The notes under the pieces were generated by a model, which was not told the DNA's origin, did no database searches, and saw nothing but the letters and a program-made list of their open reading frames with translations. Positions 43,047-52,015 of a DNA stretch of 64,000 nt are shown here, piece by piece. The stretch spans positions 1 to 64,000 of the forward strand of contig OY761614.1 in NCBI GenBank assembly GCA_963664825.1. The letters are read 5' to 3'. Both the position numbers and the translations under genes were made by a program. Every line of letters starts with the position of its first letter. Position 1 is the first letter of the stretch. The stretch comes from an uncultured Holophaga sp. GTDB taxonomy: Bacteria > Acidobacteriota > Holophagae > Holophagales > Holophagaceae.

Positions 43047-44381
43047 TCAGGCGGGAAAGCAGTAGGCGTGCAGACGCGGAATCAGGGAGGAGAGGCGGGT
43101 CTCCGGCACGAGGAAGGCCAGGGAGACCCCCGTATCCCCCGCCAGGATGCCCGCAATCGGTTCTTCCTGGAGGGCTGAAAGGAGCCCCAGGGCACGACCC
43201 GGGGCCTCCCGCAGCCCTTCGCCCACCAGGGCCACCACAGCCCAGCCCCGCTGGATCGCAAAGCCCGCCCCGGAGAGTTTTTCCAGCATCGCCTCCGCGG
43301 CCGCGGTCTCGGGGCGCACCACCAGGAGGCTGCCATCGGGGCTTGAGAGCAGCCCGTAGCGGGAGGCCCCGGCCTCACCGAGCCCCAGGGCCGCCTGGAA
43401 CAGGAGCTCCAGATCCTGGTCCGGCCCCAGGCGGAGGCAGACGAGGCCCTCCTTGTAGGCCACGGATGTGATCTCCCCGGGGCGCCGGGAGGGAGCCTGG
43501 ACGGAAATCACCGTGCGGCTGGCCGTGGGCCGGTGGGTGTTGGCCACCACCAGCCGGAAGGGAGACCTGGCCAGGGGCGCCAGGGAATCCGCGTGCAGCA
43601 CCTTGGCGCCGAAGGCCGAGAGGGCCGCGGCCTCCCGGAGGCTCATCACGGGAATGGGAAGGGCGCCGGGCACCAGGCTGGGATCGGCGCTCAGCACGCC
43701 GTCTACGTCGGTCCAGATCTGCACTTCCTCGGCATCCAGCGCCTCCCCCAAGAGCGTGGCGCTGGTATCGGATCCCCCCCGGCCCAGGGTGGTGGTAGCC
43801 CCATCCGGTGCGGCCCCCAGGAAACCCTGTGTGACCAGGAGGGCGCCAGCCTGGAGTTCCTCCCGCCAAGACCCGCAGGCGGCCCGGATGGCGGTCGTGT
43901 CGGGCTGGGCCCGCCCATGGCGGCCGTCCGTGCGCAGGACCTCCCGGACGTCCCGGTAATGGGCGGGAGCCCCTTCGGAACCCAGGAGGGCCACCAGCAG
44001 ATGGGCCGAGAGGGTCTCCCCCATGGCGAGGGCGCCATCCCGGGCCCGGGGGGAAGCCTCTCCCAGGAGGCCCATGCCTTCGAGCAGGTCGGCCAGCCTT
44101 TCGAAGAGGGGCTCCCAGGGGGTTTGCAAGGATTCCAGGAGCCCCAGTTCCCGGGCCACGGCCCGGTGGCGTCGCCAGAGAACCTCGTGCCGCGCTCGCG
44201 CGCCCTCGGAGTCTCCCTTCGCCGCCAGAGCCACCGCGCCGAGAATGGCGTCCGTGGTGCCGGAAAGGGCGCTCACCACCACCAGGCCGCCAGCGGGCAG
44301 TTCCGCCCGGACGATGGCCGCCGCCCGGACCAGAGCCTCGGGTGTGCCCAGGCTGGTGCCGCCGAATTTCAATACGCGCAT
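43047..44381 (-). CDS. Aspartate kinase (monofunctional, no HSDH domain)
   Basis: KFGGTS, VVVSA, TTLGRGGSD, WTDVDG; degenerate ACT-like C-terminus. Confidence 0.93.
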   Translation of the reverse strand: MRVLKFGGTSLGTPEALVRAAAIVRAELPAGGLVVVSALSGTTDAILGAVALAAKGDSEGARARHEVLWRRHRAVARELGLLESLQTPWEPLFERLADLLEGMGLLGEASPRARDGALAMGETLSAHLLVALLGSEGAPAHYRDVREVLRTDGRHGRAQPDTTAIRAACGSWREELQAGALLVTQGFLGAAPDGATTTLGRGGSDTSATLLGEALDAEEVQIWTDVDGVLSADPSLVPGALPIPVMSLREAAALSAFGAKVLHADSLAPLARSPFRLVVANTHRPTASRTVISVQAPSRRPGEITSVAYKEGLVCLRLGPDQDLELLFQAALGLGEAGASRYGLLSSPDGSLLVVRPETAAAEAMLEKLSGAGFAIQRGWAVVALVGEGLREAPGRALGLLSALQEEPIAGILAGDTGVSLAFLVPETRLSSLIPRLHAYCFPA

Positions 44382-45286
44382 GACCTCACCTCCTGGAGCA
44401 CCCGCCCCAACCAACCTGCGACCTGCTCCCACTCCATGAGGAAGGCGTCGTGGCCGTGGGGGCTATCCAGCCAGTCCAGCCGGCAGCGGGCCCCGGCCTG
44501 GAGGGCGGCCCCGGCCAGTTCTTCCAAGACGGGCCTGGGAAAGAGCAGATCAGGATCCATGCCCAGCACGAAGAGGGGCGCCCCCAGCCCCCCGAGGGCC
44601 GACACCAGACCGCCCCGGCCCCGGCCCAGATCGTGCTCATCCATGGCCTCCAGGAGGACTAGGTAGCTCGCCCGGGTGAAGCGCTGGGCGAGAGCCTCCC
44701 CATGGAAGGCCAGCCAGCTGCGGGCTTCAAGAGAGGATCCGAAGCGCCCGTCCAGACTGCTGGGCGTGCGAAAACTCAGCATGGCGGCCCGGCGGGCCAG
44801 GGCGATGGCCTCCGCATCCCCCAATCGCTCGCTCTTCAGGATGGCCCGCTGGACCTCGTTGGTGGCCCAGAGCCAGGCGTCGGCCCGAGCCCCGCAGCCG
44901 ATGACGCCGATGGCTTTGAAACGCTCCGGCGCCAGCAGCGCCAGTTCCAGCGCCACCATGCCCCCCAGGGAGCCGCCGATGAGGGCCTCGAAATGCAGAT
45001 CCGCATCCCGGATCCATTCCACCAGAACCCGGGCCTGCTCCCGGGGGTTCAGGCCCACCGAAGGCCCGGTGCTGCCATAGCAGCTCCCCGCCAAGTTGGG
45101 CGTCCATACGGTGGCCGCCTCGGGGGCCAGGGGAGCCCCCTCCCGAAAGAGAGGCGCCCACCAGCCCTTGACGCCCTCCCGGTCCGCCGCCTCGGGACTC
45201 CCGGTGAGGGCGTGCAGGAGCAGCACCCGGAGGGGCCCCTGCCCCGTCACCCGAAAGGCCGTACGGGCCCGGTCCAGCGGGCTCAT
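44369..45286 (-). CDS. metX: Homoserine O-acyltransferase (MetX family)
   Basis: HALTG, GGSLGG nucleophile, HGHDAFL. Confidence 0.88.
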   Translation of the reverse strand: MSPLDRARTAFRVTGQGPLRVLLLHALTGSPEAADREGVKGWWAPLFREGAPLAPEAATVWTPNLAGSCYGSTGPSVGLNPREQARVLVEWIRDADLHFEALIGGSLGGMVALELALLAPERFKAIGVIGCGARADAWLWATNEVQRAILKSERLGDAEAIALARRAAMLSFRTPSSLDGRFGSSLEARSWLAFHGEALAQRFTRASYLVLLEAMDEHDLGRGRGGLVSALGGLGAPLFVLGMDPDLLFPRPVLEELAGAALQAGARCRLDWLDSPHGHDAFLMEWEQVAGWLGRVLQEVRSCAY

Positions 45287-46584
45287 CCCTGCACCCCGGA
45301 GAGGGCTTGGTCCAGGTCCGCCCGGAGATCCTCCACATGCTCCAGGCCTACGGAAAGGCGGATCAGATCCTCCGGGACGCCCGAGGCCAGACGTTCCACC
45401 GGGGAGAGCTGCGAGTGGGTGGTGCTGGCGGGATGGATGATGAGGCTCTTGGCATCCCCCACGTTGGCCAACCGGGAGAAGAGCTGGACCCCGTCGATGA
45501 CGGCCTTTCCCCCCTGGAGCCCGCCCTTCACGCCGAAGGTGAGGATGCCTCCGAAGCCCGCCCCCTCCCGGAAATAGCGCCTGGCCAGGGCGTGGCTGGG
45601 ATGCTCCTTGAGGCCGGGATAGTTCACCCAGGCCACCTTGGGATGGGCCTGGAGCCACTGGGCCAGGTCAAGGGCGTTCTGGCCGTGGCGCTCCATGCGC
45701 AGGGGCAGCGTTTCGATGCCCTGCAGGAGTAGGAAGGCGTTGAAGGGGGAGAGGGCCGGTCCGAAGTCCCGCAGGCCCTCGACCCGGGCCTTCACCGCAA
45801 AGGCCGCCGCGCCTGCGATATCACTCAGGATCGCCCCGTGGTAGGCGGGGTGGGGCTCGGTGAATTCGGGGAACTTCCCGTTGCGCCAGTCGAAGCGCCC
45901 CCCATCCACCAGGACACCCCCCAGGCTGGTGCCGTGGCCCCCCAGGAATTTGGTGGCGCTGTGCACGACGATATCGGCGCCGTGCCGGAGGGGCTGGCAG
46001 AGCCAGGGCGAGGCCAGGGTGTTATCCACGATGAGGGGCACCCCCGCCTCGCGCGCCACCGCGGCCAGGGCCTCGAAGTGGGGCACATCCAGCTTGGGGT
46101 TGCCCAGAGCCTCCAGGAAGATGGCCTTGGTGGAGGGCCTCAGGGCCTGGCGGAAGGCCTCGACATCCCCGCTATCCACGAAGGAGACCTCGATGCCCTG
46201 GCGCCGGAGGCTCTGGCTGAAGAGGGTGCTGGTGCCGCCATAGAGATTATTGCCCGCCACGATGTGATCGCCGCTCTTGGCCAGGGTCTGGATCGCCAGG
46301 GCGATGGCCGACATGCCGGAAGCCGTGGCCAGGCCCGCCACGCCCCCTTCCAGCTGGGCCACCCGTTCCTCCAGCACCGCCAGGGTGGGGTTCCCGATCC
46401 GGGTATAGATGTTGCCCGGCTCCTCCAGGCTGAAGAGCCGCGCCCCCTGGTCGGCGGAATCGAACACATAGCTGCTGGTCTGGTAGATGGGCACCGCGCG
46501 GCTGCGGGTATCCCCATCGGGGGTGTGGCCGCCGTGGAGGACGAGGGTCTCGAAGCGGTGTTGGACAGATGCAGTCTCACCCAT
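45283..46584 (-). CDS. metY: O-acetylhomoserine aminocarboxypropyltransferase (sulfhydrylase)
   Basis: AVPIYQT, YTRIGNPT, HSATKFLGGHG, ANVGDAKSL. Confidence 0.95.
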   Translation of the reverse strand: MGETASVQHRFETLVLHGGHTPDGDTRSRAVPIYQTSSYVFDSADQGARLFSLEEPGNIYTRIGNPTLAVLEERVAQLEGGVAGLATASGMSAIALAIQTLAKSGDHIVAGNNLYGGTSTLFSQSLRRQGIEVSFVDSGDVEAFRQALRPSTKAIFLEALGNPKLDVPHFEALAAVAREAGVPLIVDNTLASPWLCQPLRHGADIVVHSATKFLGGHGTSLGGVLVDGGRFDWRNGKFPEFTEPHPAYHGAILSDIAGAAAFAVKARVEGLRDFGPALSPFNAFLLLQGIETLPLRMERHGQNALDLAQWLQAHPKVAWVNYPGLKEHPSHALARRYFREGAGFGGILTFGVKGGLQGGKAVIDGVQLFSRLANVGDAKSLIIHPASTTHSQLSPVERLASGVPEDLIRLSVGLEHVEDLRADLDQALSGVQG

Positions 46585-46701
46585 GGCGGACTCCGTACAG
46601 AGCCTCCCCGACCCCGTCGGGGGGCAATTGATGTGCCCTTGTCCCCCTTGCTAAGGGCCTCCGGGCACGTCGAGGGAGTCTCGCCGCTCCTAGCTCGCTC
46701 C

Positions 46702-46741
46702 AAGAAAAAACGAAGGGGCCCGATAGAATCGGGCCCCTTCG
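46702..46741 (-). terminator. Riboswitch-associated intrinsic terminator
   Basis: Minus strand CGAAGGGGCCCGAT-TCT-ATCGGGCCCCTTCG followed by TTTTTT. Confidence 0.9.
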
Positions 46742-46757
46742 CGTGTGTCAGTTGTAC

Positions 46758-46865
46758 AGCTCGACATCTCTCCGGCAAGTCCGCCGGCAGGAATTAGCAC
46801 CTTACGCGTCAACGCAGGTTGCCAAGGTTTCACAGGGCCCGTCCCTCCACCTTTCTGGATAGCTC
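46758..46865 (-). ncRNA. SAM-I (S-box) riboswitch
   Basis: Minus strand TATCCAGAAAGGTGGAGGGACGGGGCCCTGTGAAACCTTGGCAACC...AAGGTGCTAATTCC...AGAGATG upstream of metY. Confidence 0.95.
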
Positions 46866-46922
46866 GCTATGGAACTGACAAAGATCTCAGAAACGCTAGT
46901 CTCCGATGTCCCATCGTCTCTG

Positions 46923-47627
46923 TCAAGAGAGCCGCCATCCCTCCACGTCCCTGCGCACTTCCAGAGGCGCGCCCAGCTTGGTCAGGCTCCGCAGCAGGCG
47001 GGCCCGGTAGCGGGGGAAGAGGTCCCTGCCCCCCCAGGCCGCCCGGTCCCAATCCAGCAGCAGGGCTTCCCCCTCCGGCGTGATCATCACGTTGGTGGCG
47101 TTCAGGTCCGGCGAGAAGAGGCCCCAGGCGCAGAGGGCCTCGATGCGCCCTCGGAGCTGCGCCAGGAAATTAGTCCCTGAATCCCAGTGCCGGGGCCAGG
47201 GGGAGCCTTCCGCGTAGCGAGTGAGGAAGAGGCCCTCGAAGCCCCAGGCCCTGTGCCGCAAGGCGTAACCCAGGGGTTCCACCGTGGGGAAGCCCGCCAA
47301 CCAGAGCGCTCGGTGCACCAGGAATTCCTGGGCGAAGCGGGCGGGGGAAAGATAGATCCCCGCGTTCAGGTGCCGCACCAGGCCGCCCCGGCGGTAGGGC
47401 CGCAGGACCACCTCCCCCAGGCGCCGGACACCCCCTCGCCCGAAGGCTCCCTCCAGCCCTTGAGCTGCCCCCCCCAGATCCAGCTCCGGGGAAGCGATCA
47501 GCGTCCAGCCAGCCCCCAGCCCGGGGATCTCGATCCCAGGGCTGCAGACGGGGGCCTGGGCCGGACTTCGGCGTTCGAAGGGCCAGAGGGCAGGCAGGGC
47601 CGGAATAGCGGGGAGGGATCGATTCAT
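46923..47627 (-). CDS. Lipopolysaccharide/Kdo kinase-like protein
   Basis: GRG, LRPYRRGGL, PDLNATN, LLLDWDR; KdkA-like. Confidence 0.8.
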   Translation of the reverse strand: MNRSLPAIPALPALWPFERRSPAQAPVCSPGIEIPGLGAGWTLIASPELDLGGAAQGLEGAFGRGGVRRLGEVVLRPYRRGGLVRHLNAGIYLSPARFAQEFLVHRALWLAGFPTVEPLGYALRHRAWGFEGLFLTRYAEGSPWPRHWDSGTNFLAQLRGRIEALCAWGLFSPDLNATNVMITPEGEALLLDWDRAAWGGRDLFPRYRARLLRSLTKLGAPLEVRRDVEGWRLS

Positions 47628-47697
47628 GACATCCAGATTGGCGCCGCTCCAGGCTGCGGGCCAGAGGAACCTTGAGGGTGGATTGCACAGGGCAGAA

Positions 47698-48226
47698 AAG
47701 AACGCGAACAGCGCCAAGGAAGCGAAGGCCGCGAATGGGACCTCAGGCAAAGGGGAACCTGGTTGTCGGCTTGGCTTAGCCAGAAAAGCCCACCACGGAT
47801 ACACACGGATTTCCGGGAACACCTCAGTCCGGCTGGTCTCCTTCCGGAACCGGGAAGGTCCATCTCAACCCGTGCGTTTCGCCAGGGAAGGAGAGGCAGA
47901 AAGTGACAGGGATGGAGGGGATGAACGCACTGCTGGGGCTGGCGGCCCTGGTCGGCAAGACTGAACCAGGTTTCCCAATGGCCGCAGGGAAACGGATGGA
48001 AAAAGAAGGTTGGCCGGGGATGCACCGGCAACACCTCGCAAATTCAGGCGCCCTGGCCCGCCTGCTGCACAGCCCAGGGTGCCGAGTCCGCCAGTATCTG
48101 ATCCCCGTTGATCCCCGGCCCTGAGGCCTGCTGGAGTAATCGGGCCTGGATCCCATGACCTCTACCCCTGTCCGCTTCTTCGCGCTCTTGGCCCCCTTCG
48201 CGACCTTCGCGTTCATTCCTTTCCTG
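47698..48226. repeat. Composite inverted-repeat element with 9-bp-periodic GCGAAG arms and nested repeats
   Basis: Arms 47698-47738 and 48176-48226 are nearly identical to the element at 51839-51970. Confidence 0.8.
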
Positions 48227-48297
48227 ATATCGAGACCCCGGTCATGCCTTGCCAATACCCCCGGAGCGCGGATACTCGGGAATACCCGGAGGCTCCC

Positions 48298-49110
48298 ATG
48301 GAACCTGGTGCCCCCCACGTCGCGGTCCTGATGTGCCACGCTCCCATCGTGATCCCCGCCATCGGCGGTGAGCGGGGAGCGAAATGCGCCGCCACCACGG
48401 CCTCCATGCGGGAGGCGGCCCGGGCCGTGGCCGGGAGCGGCGCCGAGACGGCCCTCATCCTGAGCCCCCATCTCCCCCGTCATCTCCAGGCCTTCGGCGT
48501 GGTGGCCTCGGAGAAACTCGTTGGAGACTTCGGCGCCTTCGGGCGACCCGAGATCGCCTGCGCCTTCCGGGGGGACGCCGCTGCCGGAGCCACCATCGCG
48601 CGGGTGGCCCAACGGGCGGGCATCGGCATCGAGCCCGTGGAGACCCGGGGCCTGGATCACGGCGCCCTGGTGCCCCTCTGGTTCCTCCAGGAGGCGGGAT
48701 TCAAGGGCCGCATCGTCGTATTCGGCTTCCCCTGGCACAGGGACGGTGCCTCCAATCGCGCCTTCGGAGGCGCCCTGAAGGAGGCCCTGGTCGGCCTCCA
48801 TCGCCCCTGGGCCCTAGTGGCCTCCGGGGACATGAGCCACGCCCTCCAGCCGGGAGCGCCTTCGGGTTTCCATCCACGAGCCCAAGGCTTCGATGACGCC
48901 GTGGTGGAGGCGGTGCGCCAGGGGCATCTCGGCGCCCTGGGCGCCATTCCCAGCGAACTCCGGGAATTGGCGAGCGAGGATGTCGTAGATTCCCTGGAAA
49001 TTTCCGCAGGCATCTTGGGAGACGAGATCGCGCCGAACCATGTTCTCTCCTACGAGGGGCCCTTCGGCGTGGGCTACCTCATCGCCCTGCTGCAGGGGAC
49101 CCGGCCGTGA
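48298..49110 (+). CDS. Memo/LigB-like class III dioxygenase-fold protein (AmmeMemoRadiSam system)
   Basis: HAPIVIP, SPH, LDHGALVPL, ASGDMSH, SYEGPFGVGY. Confidence 0.8.
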   Translation: MEPGAPHVAVLMCHAPIVIPAIGGERGAKCAATTASMREAARAVAGSGAETALILSPHLPRHLQAFGVVASEKLVGDFGAFGRPEIACAFRGDAAAGATIARVAQRAGIGIEPVETRGLDHGALVPLWFLQEAGFKGRIVVFGFPWHRDGASNRAFGGALKEALVGLHRPWALVASGDMSHALQPGAPSGFHPRAQGFDDAVVEAVRQGHLGALGAIPSELRELASEDVVDSLEISAGILGDEIAPNHVLSYEGPFGVGYLIALLQGTRP

Positions 49111-50150
49111 GCCTTCACCCCGGCCACCTTCAAGCCGCCCGTTGGTGGCGGCGGGTGGCTCCAGACAGGGTCCTCTGCGAACTCTGCCCCCGGGGCTGCC
49201 TCCTGGCGGAAGGCCAGACAGGCTTTTGCGGCGTGCGCCGCATGGAAGGCGGCGCCCTTCAGACGGCAGTCTTCGGCACCACCAGCGGCCTCTGCGTCGA
49301 TCCCATGGAGAAGAAGCCCCTCTACCATTTCCTGCCGGGCAGCCCTGTGCTCTCCTTCGGGATGCTGGGCTGCACCCTCGCCTGCGACTTCTGCCAAAAC
49401 GCGAGCCTCAGCCAGGGAATGGAGCTCCCACGGCTGCGCCCCGCGTCCATCGAGGAGCTCGTGCGCATCGCCCTGGAACAGGCGTGCATCGGTGTGGCCT
49501 TCACCTACAACGAGCCCGTTGTTTCAGCGGAATGGTGCCTGGAAGTGGCCGCGGCCTGCCGGGAGGCGGGGCTCCGCACACTGGCTGTGAGTTCGGGCTA
49601 CATCTCCGGAGAAGCCCGAGCCGAATTCTTCGGGGCCATGGACGCCATCAACGTGGATATCAAGGGTTTCTCGGAAGCCTTTTACAGAAGGCACTGCCAG
49701 GGCCACCTCCAGCCTGTCCTGGAGACCCTGGAATACCTGGCGAAGGAGGGCCGCACCTGGCTGGAGGTGACCACGCTGATCATCCCGGGCGAAAACGATG
49801 GCAAGGACGAAATCGCGGCCCTCTCGGATTGGATCGCGGAGCATCTCGGAAGGGATGTCCCCCTGCACTTCTCGGCCTTTCATCCCGCCCACCGCCTCCT
49901 CGACCTCCCTCGAACGCCCCCCTCCACCCTGCGCCGGGCCCGGGAGATCGCCCGGACCCGCGGACTCCGCTACGTCTACACCGGCAATATCCTGGACGCG
50001 GAAGGCAGCACGACCCTTTGTCCCGGATGCGGCACGGCCCTCATCGAACGCCAAGGCTTCCGCGTCCTCTCCAACCGGGTCGAAGGGAGCCGCTGCCCGG
50101 ATTGCGGAACAGGCCTCCCGGGGCGATTCCCGGGAGAAACCCGCGGATGA
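49107..50150 (+). CDS. amrS: AmmeMemoRadiSam system radical SAM enzyme
   Basis: CELCPRGC, DPMEKKPLYHF, CTLACDFC, TYNEP, YVYTGN, C-terminal CxxC pairs. Confidence 0.9.
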   Translation: MSLHPGHLQAARWWRRVAPDRVLCELCPRGCLLAEGQTGFCGVRRMEGGALQTAVFGTTSGLCVDPMEKKPLYHFLPGSPVLSFGMLGCTLACDFCQNASLSQGMELPRLRPASIEELVRIALEQACIGVAFTYNEPVVSAEWCLEVAAACREAGLRTLAVSSGYISGEARAEFFGAMDAINVDIKGFSEAFYRRHCQGHLQPVLETLEYLAKEGRTWLEVTTLIIPGENDGKDEIAALSDWIAEHLGRDVPLHFSAFHPAHRLLDLPRTPPSTLRRAREIARTRGLRYVYTGNILDAEGSTTLCPGCGTALIERQGFRVLSNRVEGSRCPDCGTGLPGRFPGETRG

Positions 50151-50182
50151 CTCCGATTACACTGGATCCCAGAGGTTCGTTG

Positions 50183-51064
50183 ATGAAACGTCTGGCTCTG
50201 AGCGTCTTCCTTTTGCTGGCAAGCGTCATCCCAGCCCCGGCCCAGACCGGCGAGATCCGGGAAGGGCTGACGATGCAGAGTCAGATCCTGCATAAGCAGA
50301 TGCGCTATTCCATCTACCTGCCTCCGGGCTACGAGGCCTCCCGGCGCCTGTACCCTGTGCTCTACCTGCTGCACGGATACACGGACAATGATTCGGCCTG
50401 GATCCACTTCGGCGAGATGGCCCAGGCTCTGGACGATGGCATCGCTAGGCGCGAGATCACGCCCATGATCGTGGTGATGCCCGATGGGGGCACGAGCTGG
50501 TACGTGAACAATTTCGATGGCTCCCTGCGCTGGGAGGACTACTTCATCCAGGAGCTGATCCCGTTCCTGGAAAGCCGCTTCAGGGCCCATCCCGCCCGCG
50601 CCAGCCGGGCCATCGCGGGGCTTTCCATGGGCGGCTTCGGCGCCCTGGTGCAGAGCCTCCACCATCCGGATCTCTTCGGTGCCTGTGCGGCCCTCAGCGC
50701 GGCGGTCTACACGGATGCGGCCATTGAGGCCTTCGACCCGGAAGACTGGACCCAGGTGCGTGCCGTAGTGTGGGGTCCCGGCCTCAAGGGAGGAGCCCGT
50801 CTCACAGCCCACCTCCAGGCAAATAATCCCCTCAAGCTCGTGGCCACCGGAGATCTCCCGAAACTGCGGGAAGTGCGCTGGTACCTGGATTGCGGCGACG
50901 AGGACTCCCTGCTGCCCGGCAACCTCGCCCTGCATCAGGCCATGGTCGATCGCGGCATCAGCCACGCCTTGCGCGTCCGGGGCGGCAGCCATGTCTGGAC
51001 GTACTGGCGCACGGGACTGCCCGCCGTGCTCTCCTTCGCAACTTCAGCCTTCAGACAGAACTAA
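50183..51064 (+). CDS. Exported alpha/beta-hydrolase esterase
   Basis: YPVLYLLHG, GLSMGG, GSHVWTYW; signal peptide. Confidence 0.88.
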   Translation: MKRLALSVFLLLASVIPAPAQTGEIREGLTMQSQILHKQMRYSIYLPPGYEASRRLYPVLYLLHGYTDNDSAWIHFGEMAQALDDGIARREITPMIVVMPDGGTSWYVNNFDGSLRWEDYFIQELIPFLESRFRAHPARASRAIAGLSMGGFGALVQSLHHPDLFGACAALSAAVYTDAAIEAFDPEDWTQVRAVVWGPGLKGGARLTAHLQANNPLKLVATGDLPKLREVRWYLDCGDEDSLLPGNLALHQAMVDRGISHALRVRGGSHVWTYWRTGLPAVLSFATSAFRQN

Positions 51065-51752
51065 GCGCCGAGGTCCCGGTCCAGGACCCTCGCCGGGTGG
51101 GGAGCTGGATGGCCGCGGCCAGCCGGTCCAGGTAATCCTGGCGCCCGATGACGATGGCACCCAGCTGGAGCAGGTTGGGGTTGGGTAGTTGGCCATCGAT
51201 GAAGTGGAAGCCCCAGGCCTTGGCGGCCCGGCAGAGCCCGGCGAAGGCCGCGCGACTGGCATAGTCCCGCTGGCAGAACATGCTTTCGCCAAAGAAGGCC
51301 GCCCCCAGGGAGATCCCGTAGAGCCCGCCCACCAGGGCCCCGTCCTGCCAGGTCTCGATGGAATGGGCGAAGCCTTCCCGGTGGAGTGCGAGGTAGGCCT
51401 CGGCCATGGCCTCGGTGATCCAGGTGCCCCCCTGGCCCGGTCGCGGAATGCTCGCGCAGCCTTCGACCACCCTTGCGAAGGCCGTGTCGGCCCGCAGTTC
51501 GAAGGCCCCGTGACGGATCCCCCGCCGGGCCCGGGCCGGAATATGCTCCTCCCCGGGAATGAACAGCGCCCGCTCCGGGGGAGACCACCACAGGATCGGA
51601 TCCCCCGGGTTGAACCAGGGGAAGATGCCCCCGGCATAGGCGTTCAGGAGCCGCTGGACGCTGAGGTCTCCCCCCAGGGCCAGCAGCCCCTCGGGCTCGG
51701 CCTCCCGGGGATCGGGAAAGACCGGCGCAGGGGTGAGACGGTAGACGGGCAT
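51051..51752 (-). CDS. aat: Leucyl/phenylalanyl-tRNA--protein transferase
   Basis: GGDL, GIFPW, WWSP, TWIT, GESMF. Confidence 0.95.
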   Translation of the reverse strand: MPVYRLTPAPVFPDPREAEPEGLLALGGDLSVQRLLNAYAGGIFPWFNPGDPILWWSPPERALFIPGEEHIPARARRGIRHGAFELRADTAFARVVEGCASIPRPGQGGTWITEAMAEAYLALHREGFAHSIETWQDGALVGGLYGISLGAAFFGESMFCQRDYASRAAFAGLCRAAKAWGFHFIDGQLPNPNLLQLGAIVIGRQDYLDRLAAAIQLPTRRGSWTGTSALSSV

Positions 51753-51838
51753 GGCAACAGGATTCCACGCCGATGATCCCCTTGGGGACATCGACGTGAA
51801 TTAGGAGTTCAGAACCGCCTACAAAGAACCGAAAAATG

Positions 51839-51970
51839 AAGAACGCGAAGAGCGCCAAGGAAGCGAAGGCCGCGAATGGAATCTCTGGGATAGGAGAATG
51901 GCTCAGCCCCTTCCCCGTTGGTTTTCATTTCTTCGCCCCCTTCGCGGCCTTCGCGTTCATTCCTTTCCTG
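51839..51970. repeat. Short inverted-repeat element with 9-bp-periodic GCGAAG arms
   Basis: CGCGAAGAG CGCCAAGGA AGCGAAGGC CGCGAATGG ... TTCGCC/TTCGCG units ending TTCATTCCTTTCCTG. Confidence 0.8.
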
Positions 51971-52015
51971 CTATCGGGAACCCGCAGGGAAAGCCATCAG
52001 GACTCCGTTGAATTT

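Noticed and set aside
47824..48297. Small ORFs inside the repeat element as cargo genes
   Set aside because: No recognisable domain or GxxExxY motif; translations reflect the repeats
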